From NCBI GenBank assembly GCA_964480565.1, contig CAYZSU010000002.1:3367-67366 (forward strand): a stretch of 64,000 nt of DNA, read 5' to 3'. A model generated the notes under the pieces. The model had not been told where the DNA came from. It was given only the letters and a program-made list of their open reading frames with translations, and made no database searches. Shown here piece by piece: positions 30,882-40,812 of this stretch; position 1 is the first letter of the stretch; each line of letters starts with the position of its first letter. Both the position numbers and the translations under genes were made by a program. The DNA is from an uncultured Myxococcales bacterium (GTDB taxonomy: Bacteria; UBA10199; 2-02-FULL-44-16; JAAZCA01).

Positions 30882-31155
30882 TTTACATCATGTAATTGTT
30901 AACAATCCAATATTTCTTCCCGTTTAAGAGAAATTTTCTATCTTCTGATAAAATACAGCCATCATCAGCTAACACATGTATACAAAGGAGTTATCAGTGT
31001 TAGTAAAAAAAATAATTTTAGTAATCGAGAATTAAAAAAAAAGAAATATCTTCCAACCTATTGATATCTTTCATATTTAAGTTTGGCATATCATTTGCGA
31101 ATTCCCTTGATCACAATATCTGAAATCATAGTGATTATCAAAAAAAGGAGAAAAA

Positions 31156-31665
31156 ATGACACGTACTTGGCTTATCGCACTCACAGCACTTATCACAACT
31201 TGCATGGTATCACCTCTTGTATATGCATTAAATGACTGCTACCATTCAGGGGAACAATTACTCATACATGATAATAGTACAGGACATGTTCGTTATGAAC
31301 GTACTGAGACAATTTATCAGCAACCTGATAATTTTTTACTCGCCACAATTGAAGATGAACGTATTATTTTCACACCCATTGTTGAAGTTTTCAAAAATGA
31401 GCTTACCAATCGTTTACTTCGCATTGAATTATCCACTGGCCATAGTTTGATGATCACAGAATCCCATCCAGTATGGGTGAATGACACATTTATCACAGCT
31501 GGCACATTAAGCATCGATGATACATTAACCAGTATTACTGGCGAATCCGTAAGCATCATGGATGTCAAGGTGATGAATTATGATGGATTTGTATATAATT
31601 TTGCTATCAATGGTTCAGGCATACAAATCAGCGATGGCATCCGCCTAGGCGGATCAGACATATAA
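31156..31665 (+). CDS. Small secreted protein consisting essentially of a Hint (Hedgehog/intein / bacterial intein-like) domain
   Basis: Strong AGGAG Shine-Dalgarno sequence. Signal peptide MTRTWLIALTALITTCMVSPLVYA. Hint-like blocks: LTGHSLMITESHPVWV, AGTLSIDDTLTSITGESVSI and the terminal VYNF. Confidence 0.45.
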   Translation: MTRTWLIALTALITTCMVSPLVYALNDCYHSGEQLLIHDNSTGHVRYERTETIYQQPDNFLLATIEDERIIFTPIVEVFKNELTNRLLRIELSTGHSLMITESHPVWVNDTFITAGTLSIDDTLTSITGESVSIMDVKVMNYDGFVYNFAINGSGIQISDGIRLGGSDI

Positions 31666-31692
31666 AACCAACTCAACAACTAATTACACTAT

Positions 31693-31843
31693 GGGACTGG
31701 TGAAAAATAGCAATTTGTGGGGTTGTTCAAAAATGTCCAGATTCAAGGCCTCCCGCAAACTCGTAACCGGAGCGTACATGCGAGTACGTGAGGATTGCGA
31801 GTGTAGCGGGAAACACAGAAGATGGGCGTTTTTCAACAACCCC
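31693..31843 (-). mobile_element. MITE-like dispersed repeat, copy C (core type 1, inverted orientation). Direct duplication (C)ACTAT at 31687-31692 and 31843/31844-31848.
   Basis: Reverse complement of copy B along its whole length (GGGACTGGTGAAAAATAGCAATTTGTGGGGTTGTTCAAAAATGTCCAGATTC...GAAGATGGGCGTTTTTCAACAACCC). Confidence 0.8.
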
Positions 31844-31868
31844 ACTATCAATACACTATGATTTCACA

Positions 31869-31899
31869 AAAGCGCCAGCATAATGCTGGCGTTTTTTAT
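31869..31899 (+). terminator. Rho-independent terminator for the Hint-like gene, located beyond the inserted MITE
   Basis: Hairpin CGCCAGCA-taa-TGCTGGCG followed by TTTTTTAT. Confidence 0.6.
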
Positions 31900-31910
31900 A
31901 AGAGAATAAA

Positions 31911-32040
31911 TCCAGATGGCATCCGTCTAATTTGGAATTTTCTGTATGCGCCCTCATTGAAATTTGCTGTTTAGCGAAGTGACAGCGTAATGAGTGTTAA
32001 TGCAATTATTACATTGATCAAGCGCTTATGCATTACAGAA
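31911..32040 (+). repeat. Internal fragment of the long (mosaic) MITE variant; related to the core of the element at 62391-62610
   Basis: Shares ...TGCGCCCTCATTGAAATTTGCTGTTTAGCGAAGTGACAGCGTAATGAGTGTT...GATCAAGCGCTTATGCATTAC with 62450-62555. Confidence 0.6.
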
Positions 32041-32130
32041 TTAAAAAACTGAATCTATACAACTTTCTTCAAAAATCAAATTTCTACTGGACAATCTCAT
32101 AAACTCATTATATTTAGTAAAACTCTATTT

Positions 32131-32217
32131 GGGGAGGTGGCCGAGTGGCTGAAGGCGGCACCCTGCTAAGGTGTTATACGGGAGACCGTATCGAGGGTTC
32201 AAATCCCTCCCTCTCCG
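32131..32217 (+). tRNA. tRNA-Ser (anticodon GCU), long variable arm. CCA not encoded.
   Basis: Folded by hand. Acceptor stem GGGGAGG/CCTCTCC (one G-U pair). D-arm GCCGAGTGGCTGAAGGC. Anticodon loop CTGCTAA. T-arm GAGGGTTCAAATCCCTC. Discriminator G. Confidence 0.9.
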
Positions 32218-32225
32218 CAACAAAA

Positions 32226-32252
32226 AACCCTCACTAATGTGAGGGTTTTTTA
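32226..32252 (+). terminator. Rho-independent terminator after tRNA-Ser
   Basis: AACCCTCAC-taat-GTGAGGGTT followed by TTTTTAT. Confidence 0.7.
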
Positions 32253-32354
32253 TTGCGGCAAAGGGTCGGTGAGAACGCTCACGTTCAAACAGGAATGGCC
32301 TATAAAAACAGAAATCCTAAAAATAACTGTGTAATTGCATAGGAAAAGACCTAT

Positions 32355-33565
32355 ATGAATAAAAAGGGACTCCAAAAAATCGGATACGATGAACGAATAG
32401 ACAGTGTAAGCGGTGAATACCTTCAGGACGGGTTTACGATTGCCAGAATAATCGAGGTAAAAATAGCTATACCGTATCAAATGGTCGTCATGAGATGCCG
32501 GCAGAACTCTGCGGTAAATTTCTATTTGATATAGAGAATACAAGCAATTTTCCGACTGTCGGTGACTGGGTAACAATACAGGCCCTTTCTGATAATGCAC
32601 TTGCCCTTATCCACTCTGTCTTGCCGCGCAAGACGCTATTGAAGTGTAAAGAAGCTGGCAGAAAAATAGCATTCCAGCTGATTGCTGCCAATATAGACAT
32701 CGGATTAATCGTACAACCAGCAGATCAGATTAACCTGCTGGATGGGACTGTTGAAAAACGCCCATCTTCGGTGTTGTTCAGCAAATTCAATTCAGTTACA
32801 TACTCGTATGTATGCGCCTTCATTGAATTTGCTGTCCGCCTAGAATCTGGGCATTTTTGAACAGCCCCTAAAATACCTATTTCTCAACAGTCCCTGGATA
32901 GGTATTGCGCGATGCTATAATGAGAGCGATATACAACCTATAGCGGTATTTACGAAAAAAGATCTGATCCCACCTGATGAGATCTCATCCATACAAAATG
33001 ACCTTGCCATGTTACACATGCAATATGTGTTTATCAGCAATGCCGTCAAAGGTGGAGAAACGGATCTATCCAAAAATCTCGTTTCAGGTAAAACATATTG
33101 TTTACTTGGCAAATCCGGAGTCGGCAAGACATCCCTTCTCAATCGATTGCTTCATAGTGATGAGTTCAAAGTAAATAATGTTCGAAAAAAAGATGGAAAA
33201 GGAAAGCATACCACTACAAAACGACAGCTGGTGTGTCTTGATTCCGGCAGCATCTTCATTGATACACCAGGCATGCGAGAACTTGGAAATTTTAAAATAA
33301 ACAAAGGCATCGATGAAACGTTTGAAGAGTTCTCTTTGCTAGCATTATCCTGTCGCTTCAAAAATTGTACCCATAACCACGAAGAGGGATGCGCAGTTCT
33401 TGACGCTATCTCACGGGGAAAATCGAACAAACTAGATATGATAATTTTTTAAAGCTCAAACGAGAGGCAGAATTCTATGACATGTCATATCATGAAAAGC
33501 GCCATAAGGATAAATCCTTTGGAAAAATGATAAAACAGTACAAAAAATTTAAAAATCAGCAATAG
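32355..33565 (+). pseudogene. rsgA: rsgA (ribosome small-subunit-dependent GTPase A) pseudogene, split by MITE copy D and at least three frameshifts
   Basis: RsgA blocks recovered in three different frames: OB domain (...CGKFLFDI...PTVGDWV), IAANIDIGLIV / LDRY / IAVFTKKDL, G domain (GKSGVGKTSLLN, GKGKHTTT, DTPG), zinc finger (CRFKNCTHNHEEGCAV) and tail RYDNFLKLKRE. Confidence 0.75.
32744..32893 (+). mobile_element. MITE-like dispersed repeat, copy D (core type 2), inserted inside rsgA. Direct duplication (C)TGGAT at 32738-32743 and 32894-32899.
   Basis: GGGACTGTTGAAAAACGCCCATCTTCGGTGTTGTTCAG...TCTGGGCATTTTTGAACAGCCCCTAAAATACCTATTTCTCAACAGTCC. Same termini as copies A-C but a different core. 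Confidence 0.8.
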
Positions 33566-33660
33566 CGCTTATCCGGCAACCGATTGACCCGCTGCTCGTG
33601 TACAAGCAACGCACACACATATATATTATTGCGATTAATCTTTAGATTGCCCTCACAAAC

Positions 33661-34662
33661 CTACCTCACATGTACATCCACTATTTGAAATCGACTTGGA
33701 TTTTTTGTCGTATGCGGATCATTATCATAGGTGATCATCAGTCGCAGTGTATCATCATGATCATACGGTAGTACACAAATGCCTTCGGCTTTCATACCAT
33801 AACCAAAACTAGTGATTTCTCGCAATACATGCGGTGTATCTTTTGAAACCAACCATAGTTTATTCTCAAAAAAATTATTTTCATCATCCTCGCTGGCTGT
33901 TGTTACTAAAAAACCTTTTAGCCGAGGCACGTATTCCAAAGAGGATAATTCAAATCGTGTACCTGAGCTGGCTACACCTGCTTCAAAATCCAGTTGTTTT
34001 ACAAATGCAAGTTGATCGCCATTTTTTGCAGACGTTAAATCATCTGACAAATAGATGCGAAATGATTTTTTCAAATCCACAGCCTGCCGCACACCAATGG
34101 CGAGTCTCCCATCCCATATAGCAAGGCCTTCCAACTTCACAAGATCCCCATTTTTATCCGGTGGATATACACCTTTCCTCGTTAAGGCCTGATCCAAGTA
34201 AAACCTACTCACATCCATTATTTTATTTGGAATACCCTTTTTATTAAATGATGTAAGCGCAAAACGGATTAAATAGGAATTCACCTGATAGTATTTTAAT
34301 CCACCCGTATGCGAACTGAGCAGATAATAATAATGTCCATCATAGGCCATGGCTTCCCATTTAATGAATGGATTTTTCTTTATTGATGCAGATAGTTTAA
34401 AATTACCGTTATAAATGCGCGCCACTTCCTTACCCGTACGGACATTCACCACAAACACCCCTTTAGTTCGATCATCCGCAACCAACACATAGTTTCCTTG
34501 CCCAATGGGCGCAACTGCCGATGCCTCCAATGCAGTATCCACTTTATTTTTTGATTTCATGAATGGCCATGTGGGCGATGACAATTCATATGAATCCGCC
34601 CATGCAGTGGTTATTGCGCATATGCATATAATGATATAACCGACAAATGATTGAATTTTCAT
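33661..34662 (-). CDS. Secreted hypothetical protein (possibly beta-propeller-like)
   Basis: Signal peptide MKIQSFVGYIIICICAITTAWA. No confident domain assignment. Confidence 0.4.
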   Translation of the reverse strand: MKIQSFVGYIIICICAITTAWADSYELSSPTWPFMKSKNKVDTALEASAVAPIGQGNYVLVADDRTKGVFVVNVRTGKEVARIYNGNFKLSASIKKNPFIKWEAMAYDGHYYYLLSSHTGGLKYYQVNSYLIRFALTSFNKKGIPNKIMDVSRFYLDQALTRKGVYPPDKNGDLVKLEGLAIWDGRLAIGVRQAVDLKKSFRIYLSDDLTSAKNGDQLAFVKQLDFEAGVASSGTRFELSSLEYVPRLKGFLVTTASEDDENNFFENKLWLVSKDTPHVLREITSFGYGMKAEGICVLPYDHDDTLRLMITYDNDPHTTKNPSRFQIVDVHVR

Positions 34663-34786
34663 AAATATAATCCCATCTATAAAAAATAATGGAGCAAATT
34701 CACTATTAAAAATAATTATATATCAATGAGTTACAAATATATATCGATTTTCTGAGGTATAGCTCGAAAAGACTACCAGTTCCAAT

Positions 34787-35476
34787 TTAATCTTTTTTCA
34801 TAATGAATAAATAATTAAATCCGCGCAAATAAAAATTGCCCTTCACCGCCTCATCCAAAAAATTCTTTCGTTTGAGTTTTTTATTATGGCGCACCACAGA
34901 AACAATATCGAGTGCCCGGAAGTATTTTTGTAATATTCCAAACAACTCAAAACCAATAGGTACAAACCCTTTTTTATTTTGATAGGTGTCGGACACATAC
35001 AATGCCATACAGCGCTTAGGCCGCATGATACGGTGAATTTCAGCAATCACCCGATGCATGGATTTAAAATAGTCCACCTCAAATGCAGATAGTTTACCAA
35101 TACATCGCTTATCATCGGAATAATCAATATGCGTGGAATATGGCGGATCGATAAATACAAAATCCGCTTTTTCATCCTCTAAAGGTAGCTTTCTTGCATC
35201 GGATCGAAAAATATCCTTTCGCGTGGGATTTAAGTCATAGCCCAATGCGCGCCGATTTAAGTCCCTAGCCACATCCAATGTCGTCCCGCTGCCACACATG
35301 GGATCCACGATTAAATCTTTTTTTCTTGTATAACGATTTAACAAGTTCCAAATAATATAGGATGGTGTTGCTCCTTCATAGTCTTTACTACCCTGTATTT
35401 CCCCACCATAATGTTGAGAAGGATAATCCCACAAAGTGGTACCATGCATGGGCACATTGTTTCTAGTATTATTCAT
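34787..35476 (-). CDS. Small SAM-dependent nucleic-acid methyltransferase (N6-adenine / N2-guanine amino-methyltransferase family; UPF0020-like)
   Basis: Motif I LIVDPMCGSGTTLDVA and motif IV FVFIDPPYS. No adjacent restriction endonuclease. Confidence 0.55.
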   Translation of the reverse strand: MNNTRNNVPMHGTTLWDYPSQHYGGEIQGSKDYEGATPSYIIWNLLNRYTRKKDLIVDPMCGSGTTLDVARDLNRRALGYDLNPTRKDIFRSDARKLPLEDEKADFVFIDPPYSTHIDYSDDKRCIGKLSAFEVDYFKSMHRVIAEIHRIMRPKRCMALYVSDTYQNKKGFVPIGFELFGILQKYFRALDIVSVVRHNKKLKRKNFLDEAVKGNFYLRGFNYLFIMKKD

Positions 35477-35492
35477 ACAATCCTCTTTGTTA

Positions 35493-37619
35493 TTAATACG
35501 ATTTTTTTCCGTAAATCCGCTGATAATTCCAATAGGCTGTCATGACTTTTTTCACATATAAATTTGTTTCTGCATACGGTATTTCCTCGATCCATTCATC
35601 AATACTTTGTTTTTTATTTGACTGAACCCAGCGTCCAGCTGCTTGCTCGCCTGCATTATAAGAAGCAATCATCGCAATTGGGTGGTCGGGAAACATCGTA
35701 TTCAATGTATGAATATAATGCATGCCCAATGTAATATTGAGCGTTGGGTTCATCAATTGCTTTCGCGATATGGCGCGATTATTCGCATACTGTTTAAATC
35801 GGTTGGCAGTGTAAGGCATGAGCTGCATAAGCCCCACTGCCCCTGCAGACGACACAACCTTTTCTTGGAAAAAAGATTCTGTGCGCATCAACGACCAAAT
35901 GAGTATGGGGTTAATCTGCAATAGTCGACTTAGCGGCATGATCACCAAGTCATAGGCAGGAGGAAATCGACTTGCAACCGAACGATGCGCCTGATAATTC
36001 GTATAGGCATTTTTCACAGATCCTTTATAATATAGACCTGCCACTTTAACGCCAAAATAATAGGCATTATTTTTCTCAGCTAAACTCCGCAGCACATCGG
36101 CATAGTCTTTTTTTCCGGCAATTGTCACATGCGCCAATTCCTTTTGCACCAAATCGGATAGCCCCATAGCATCAAATATAATCGCACGATTCACATGAAT
36201 CGCATAGGTATCATTGGGTGCAAATCGGATTGATGAATTATTTAACTTAATGCGCTTTAACTTCCGAGAAAACAATGTATGCATATTTATAGGTCTGCGC
36301 TTTAAGCGAAGTCTCGCCAACTGAGCATAATATCCATAGGGATATTTTTGAATGAGCGTTTGAAACAATGCCTTGCCTGTTTGTCGCTGTTTTATCCTCG
36401 TTAATGCAACTGCCTTCCAATACATGATGCGATCATTGATATGATATTTTTTAGCACTCCCTTTTAGCAATTGATCGAATATACGCACTGCCTTTGCATA
36501 ATTCTTCGTTTGATAATAACACCATGCCAAATACCAATTGGCCATGGTACGGAGTTTTCCCCGAAGCTTATACTTTGCCAATACATTCGTCCACTTGGCT
36601 ATTGCAAAGCGGTAGGCCCCTTTATCCATATGCAAATAAGCAATTCGGTAAGCAGTTAGACCTGCCAAACGTGACTTTGGATTTAATTTTTTCAACTGTT
36701 TTTTTCGTATTGCAAGCGCTTTTGAGTATTCACTTTTCTTGGCATATAAATTCACCATCAGCGATGGAATTGCATCCAAGTATGAAAATGTTCGCGCATA
36801 TTGCTTTATCTCGTGCAACAATGCCAATGCCTGATCATAATCATGCAACCATCGATAACTCTGCGCCAACAACCATTTCATCTTCACGCGATGGGCATGC
36901 GTGATATTTTTTGATACCAATGGTTTAAGCCGCAACACAATATCATCCCATTGTGAATACTCAGCAAATGATTCGCATAATGTGATTTGACGAGATGTAC
37001 TATCTGCCAGCCAAGCCATCACATCCACCTTAAATCGCTTGCGAATGGCGCTCGTCCATTCGGTTAACTGCATTAGCTCTGCTTCAGAACGACTGGACAG
37101 CATCAATTTCTTTGCCAATGCAATGCTTGCAGATTTCTTTTTAGCCGAAAGATATAGCTGCAATCGTTTGATATCCATATCGCGATGATTTATTTCCGGT
37201 AAATGTGACTTTGCGGACTCATACATATCTTCTGATTGCTGATATTTTTTATGATATGCATAAATCTCAGCCAAACCCTGATACGCATTTGCCTTCCATA
37301 TACTATCCAGGCTGTTTTGCAATATGGCTTGAAAAAGAATTTCCGATTGATTCCATTTTTTCGTATGCAGTGCAATAAGACCTTGATAATATAGCAATGT
37401 ATCATCAATTTGCCATAAATCTGGAAAAGCATCTTTCAACCAATACTCTGCCAAACGATATTCTTTATTTACAATTGCCTGATGCGCTTTTTGAAATTTT
37501 TTCACTGATTGTTTAGACGGAAAACCCATGGACGCACTGCCATAGGCATTAGCAGTCAGAAAAAAAATGATTAGAGAAATCCCTAAAAATAATTGTTTAA
37601 TCATAATGAGTAATTTCAT
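35493..37619 (-). CDS. slt: Soluble lytic murein transglycosylase (Slt70-like)
   Basis: Signal peptide, TPR-like superhelical N-domain, and C-terminal SLT catalytic block ...ESFFQEKVVSSAGAVGLMQLMPYTA...YNAGE. Confidence 0.8.
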   Translation of the reverse strand: MKLLIMIKQLFLGISLIIFFLTANAYGSASMGFPSKQSVKKFQKAHQAIVNKEYRLAEYWLKDAFPDLWQIDDTLLYYQGLIALHTKKWNQSEILFQAILQNSLDSIWKANAYQGLAEIYAYHKKYQQSEDMYESAKSHLPEINHRDMDIKRLQLYLSAKKKSASIALAKKLMLSSRSEAELMQLTEWTSAIRKRFKVDVMAWLADSTSRQITLCESFAEYSQWDDIVLRLKPLVSKNITHAHRVKMKWLLAQSYRWLHDYDQALALLHEIKQYARTFSYLDAIPSLMVNLYAKKSEYSKALAIRKKQLKKLNPKSRLAGLTAYRIAYLHMDKGAYRFAIAKWTNVLAKYKLRGKLRTMANWYLAWCYYQTKNYAKAVRIFDQLLKGSAKKYHINDRIMYWKAVALTRIKQRQTGKALFQTLIQKYPYGYYAQLARLRLKRRPINMHTLFSRKLKRIKLNNSSIRFAPNDTYAIHVNRAIIFDAMGLSDLVQKELAHVTIAGKKDYADVLRSLAEKNNAYYFGVKVAGLYYKGSVKNAYTNYQAHRSVASRFPPAYDLVIMPLSRLLQINPILIWSLMRTESFFQEKVVSSAGAVGLMQLMPYTANRFKQYANNRAISRKQLMNPTLNITLGMHYIHTLNTMFPDHPIAMIASYNAGEQAAGRWVQSNKKQSIDEWIEEIPYAETNLYVKKVMTAYWNYQRIYGKKSY

Positions 37620-37633
37620 GAACCTTCCACGGC

Positions 37634-40600
37634 TTAAAAAGATGATCCGAATGATAGAATCAGCATTCCATATTTCACATTACCGCCGGTAATTGGATCT
37701 GCGAGTGCAGATACGCGATCTCGGTTTAAGACAACAATACCATAGCCCAAACGCCCATGAATTGGCAAGCCATGGCCAACAATAAAATCCCCTTTTAGTT
37801 CCGCACCCACACTTAATAAAAAGTGATCAAAGAAGTCAGAAGCACGATCGCAGCTCCCTGATGTAGAACTACAATGCGCATACCAGGCATTGCCATAGTC
37901 CGCAAATACAGCAGCACTAACACTTTTCAAAAAAAATGGCATAGTGCCTAGCCCTCGCTGAGGCGATACAATTGGAATACGAAATTCGGATGAAAATAAC
38001 ATGGCCCGCGTTGCAGAAAATGTAGATAAAGGAATACCCCTTAGTGGAAAATAGTGTAATGAACCTGAACTTGCCAACGTACCTTCGCCTAAATCGCCAC
38101 CCATGCCAAATGTGCCCTGCACTAGCGTATCTCCCCACGTAATGCCACCTGCACCACGAAGTGCGACAACATAATGATGTCCCAAAGAAATATACTCCCG
38201 CCAGTCACCTGCAAAGATAATCTGCTCATTGCGTGCACCGCTACCAAAGACCTCATTGCTAATCGATGTGCTCAACTTGATAGATCGTCCTTTTTCTGAA
38301 CTAATAGATGCTGCATAGCGCCGTGCATTATTATAGCCATATCGCAAACGAAAACCTGTAAAATAGCCCAAGTTCAACAAGTTTCGATTCGCAGCTGTTA
38401 AGTTATTTTTCACCTTATGATGCTCCAAAAAATAACTTAACGTAAATCCATGGCCTTTAAAACTTTGTGATGCAAAAACAGTGGCTGCTCGACGATGTTC
38501 ATATAAATGGACAATGCCTGTGCTTCCACCAAAGTTTCTATTTCCAAAATCCACGGCATAGTCCATCACTCTAAATCCGAAACGCGGACGAAACTGACTA
38601 TAAGTATATTGAAAACTACCCCCTATATGGCTGATATCGCTTCGATACTGCACACCGCCTATCCAAGTATGCCACCGCAGCGGATCCATACCGCCTGTAT
38701 TTAACCCCATAAACATGGTATCGCCAAAAATAAACATCGGCGCAATAAAGCGAGGTAATAGAAGGGATTTTCCAAACGGACGATAGGATTTTGTATCTTC
38801 AAATACATGGTCAATTTTTTCCTGATCTTGCTTGGATAATGTTAATTGTTTATAATCAATAATCGCGTCGCGTGACTCTGACCGATTGTGATGCAACTGT
38901 GCAAGCATTGGTGTTGCAGATTTTTTTGGCATTACCCATCTTGCAATTTCATAACCACCCGAATGATATCGCCTGCCAATAATGCTGCTTCCATATGGAC
39001 GCGTGGGCTGAAATATCCCGGTAAGTGTATTGGTAAGTGCTTTTTCATTTTCCCCCTTATAGGAAATCCGATATAAATTATTAACCCCATTTTGATCGGA
39101 GCTAAACACAATATATTGCCCATCTGCATTCCACATAGGCCGTGACTGAATAATACGCCCTTTGGCGGAACTTAGTGCCATTGGCATCTTACCATCACTA
39201 TTATATCGATATATTCGCCATCCCTTATCTGCCTGCCATTTGGATGCTACAATGTATTTTCCATCTGGCGACAACCGTGGATAGGCCAATTGCGTATAAT
39301 CTTCATCCGATGTTAAATACGTTACTTTGCGTGTTTTACGATCAAATACAGCTAGCCGATCAATCATAGCGCCTGATTTAACGAATAATACATGATCGGT
39401 ATCATGATAAAATTCAGGATCCTTCGCACGCATGCCAAATGTTAGACGCTTTATTTCATGAGACTCGCCATCAAATTTAATGGCATATATATCGGATACA
39501 AAACGATGCTTTAATCGACGCATTGTTGAGTAGAGCAATTGTGTCCCATCTGCACTCCATGAAAAATAATTGGCCTTGTGACCGCGTTTTAACATTTTTA
39601 TTTTTTTTGTTTCAAAATCATACAAACGTATTTCACTGGATTGATGCGGTGTTTGCACGCTATACACCAGCTTCTTTGCATCCGGCGACAATGTGGGTGC
39701 ATTCAGCTGCTCATCTTTTCCTTGCTCAATAATAGTTTGGTATGCAGATATCGGATTTTTTGACAATTCATCACGTTGAATTAAATAGCGATGCTTTAAA
39801 AAAGCATACCATTCATACCATAAATCATAGACACTTTTCCCATAAATACGCTTGGCATGATGGTTAATCATCGTTAACAATAAGGATGATCGAATTTGTT
39901 TATCCCATTTTAGAAAATTATCTTCACCATAAGCGTCGACCAACCAATGCACAAATCGCACACCATAAATATATGCTGCTGCACTCCCTGGATGACGATA
40001 CCCCAACCCATCTGCTTGATCAATTTTAGGGAATTTTTTCTCTAATACTGCGCTTCGCACCACCATATCACTATAAGTTCCTCGCCCTCGCCCTGCTTTT
40101 GTATAAATTGTTTCATCGTATTGTGCCAAACCTTCACGCAACCATATGGGATTTAAACCAGACGGTGCCGTTGTTTTACCAAGAAGATAACGAAAGGGCG
40201 TCCATAAACCACCATAAGCATCAATTTGTACAATGTGAGTAAACTCGTGAGTCAGCAATGTGCGCAACCAATCATCGTAATGGGCCAGTGATGATTCTGG
40301 ATCTGGCGGACCTGCATAAATGATCATCCAATTATATGGCAAGACACTCGCAATGCCATTGGAATCATCATGACTATCAATAAGAACCACTTCCGTGCGT
40401 CCCCATGGCTCAAACGACCATTTTTTTGTAATCTCCGGATAGATTTCTTCCAAAATAATGGCCGACTGTTTTGCAATCTGCTCAATTGATTTGGGATAAT
40501 TAATTTTAAAATGCTCTGTCTGCACACTTTGCCATGAAAGCGTTGGATCAAATATGCCTGCAATGGATGGCGAAGAAAAGAATAGTACGGATAATAAAAT

Positions 40601-40648
40601 TAACACTACAACAACCAGGTATAATTTAAATATTTTTCGCATGTCCAT
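37634..40648 (-). CDS. Large outer-membrane protein: N-terminal HExxH metallopeptidase-like region, TolB-like PD40 beta-propeller repeats, and C-terminal beta-barrel
   Basis: HEFTHIVQ...EGLAQYDET (HExxH plus downstream Glu). PD40-type repeats (LSPDAKKLVYSV, WSADGTQLLYST, LSPDGKYIVASK, WNADGQYIVFSSD). C-terminal ~350 aa of alternating amphipathic strands ending ...GMLILSFGSSF. Signal peptide from the ATG at 40648. Confidence 0.55.
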   Translation of the reverse strand: MDMRKIFKLYLVVVVLILLSVLFFSSPSIAGIFDPTLSWQSVQTEHFKINYPKSIEQIAKQSAIILEEIYPEITKKWSFEPWGRTEVVLIDSHDDSNGIASVLPYNWMIIYAGPPDPESSLAHYDDWLRTLLTHEFTHIVQIDAYGGLWTPFRYLLGKTTAPSGLNPIWLREGLAQYDETIYTKAGRGRGTYSDMVVRSAVLEKKFPKIDQADGLGYRHPGSAAAYIYGVRFVHWLVDAYGEDNFLKWDKQIRSSLLLTMINHHAKRIYGKSVYDLWYEWYAFLKHRYLIQRDELSKNPISAYQTIIEQGKDEQLNAPTLSPDAKKLVYSVQTPHQSSEIRLYDFETKKIKMLKRGHKANYFSWSADGTQLLYSTMRRLKHRFVSDIYAIKFDGESHEIKRLTFGMRAKDPEFYHDTDHVLFVKSGAMIDRLAVFDRKTRKVTYLTSDEDYTQLAYPRLSPDGKYIVASKWQADKGWRIYRYNSDGKMPMALSSAKGRIIQSRPMWNADGQYIVFSSDQNGVNNLYRISYKGENEKALTNTLTGIFQPTRPYGSSIIGRRYHSGGYEIARWVMPKKSATPMLAQLHHNRSESRDAIIDYKQLTLSKQDQEKIDHVFEDTKSYRPFGKSLLLPRFIAPMFIFGDTMFMGLNTGGMDPLRWHTWIGGVQYRSDISHIGGSFQYTYSQFRPRFGFRVMDYAVDFGNRNFGGSTGIVHLYEHRRAATVFASQSFKGHGFTLSYFLEHHKVKNNLTAANRNLLNLGYFTGFRLRYGYNNARRYAASISSEKGRSIKLSTSISNEVFGSGARNEQIIFAGDWREYISLGHHYVVALRGAGGITWGDTLVQGTFGMGGDLGEGTLASSGSLHYFPLRGIPLSTFSATRAMLFSSEFRIPIVSPQRGLGTMPFFLKSVSAAVFADYGNAWYAHCSSTSGSCDRASDFFDHFLLSVGAELKGDFIVGHGLPIHGRLGYGIVVLNRDRVSALADPITGGNVKYGMLILSFGSSF

Positions 40649-40812
40649 AAAATACTCAAACATAGTTAAAACCTCAACGTCTAAATAAAATAATATACGC
40701 CGATCCAATCATTTTTTTGATTGATGGATGCGGTATGTATTTGTGTTTTTTAAAAAACATTTCTACTATACGAAAACAATTATTTTATATCATAATGTAC
40801 GGGGGAAATAGA

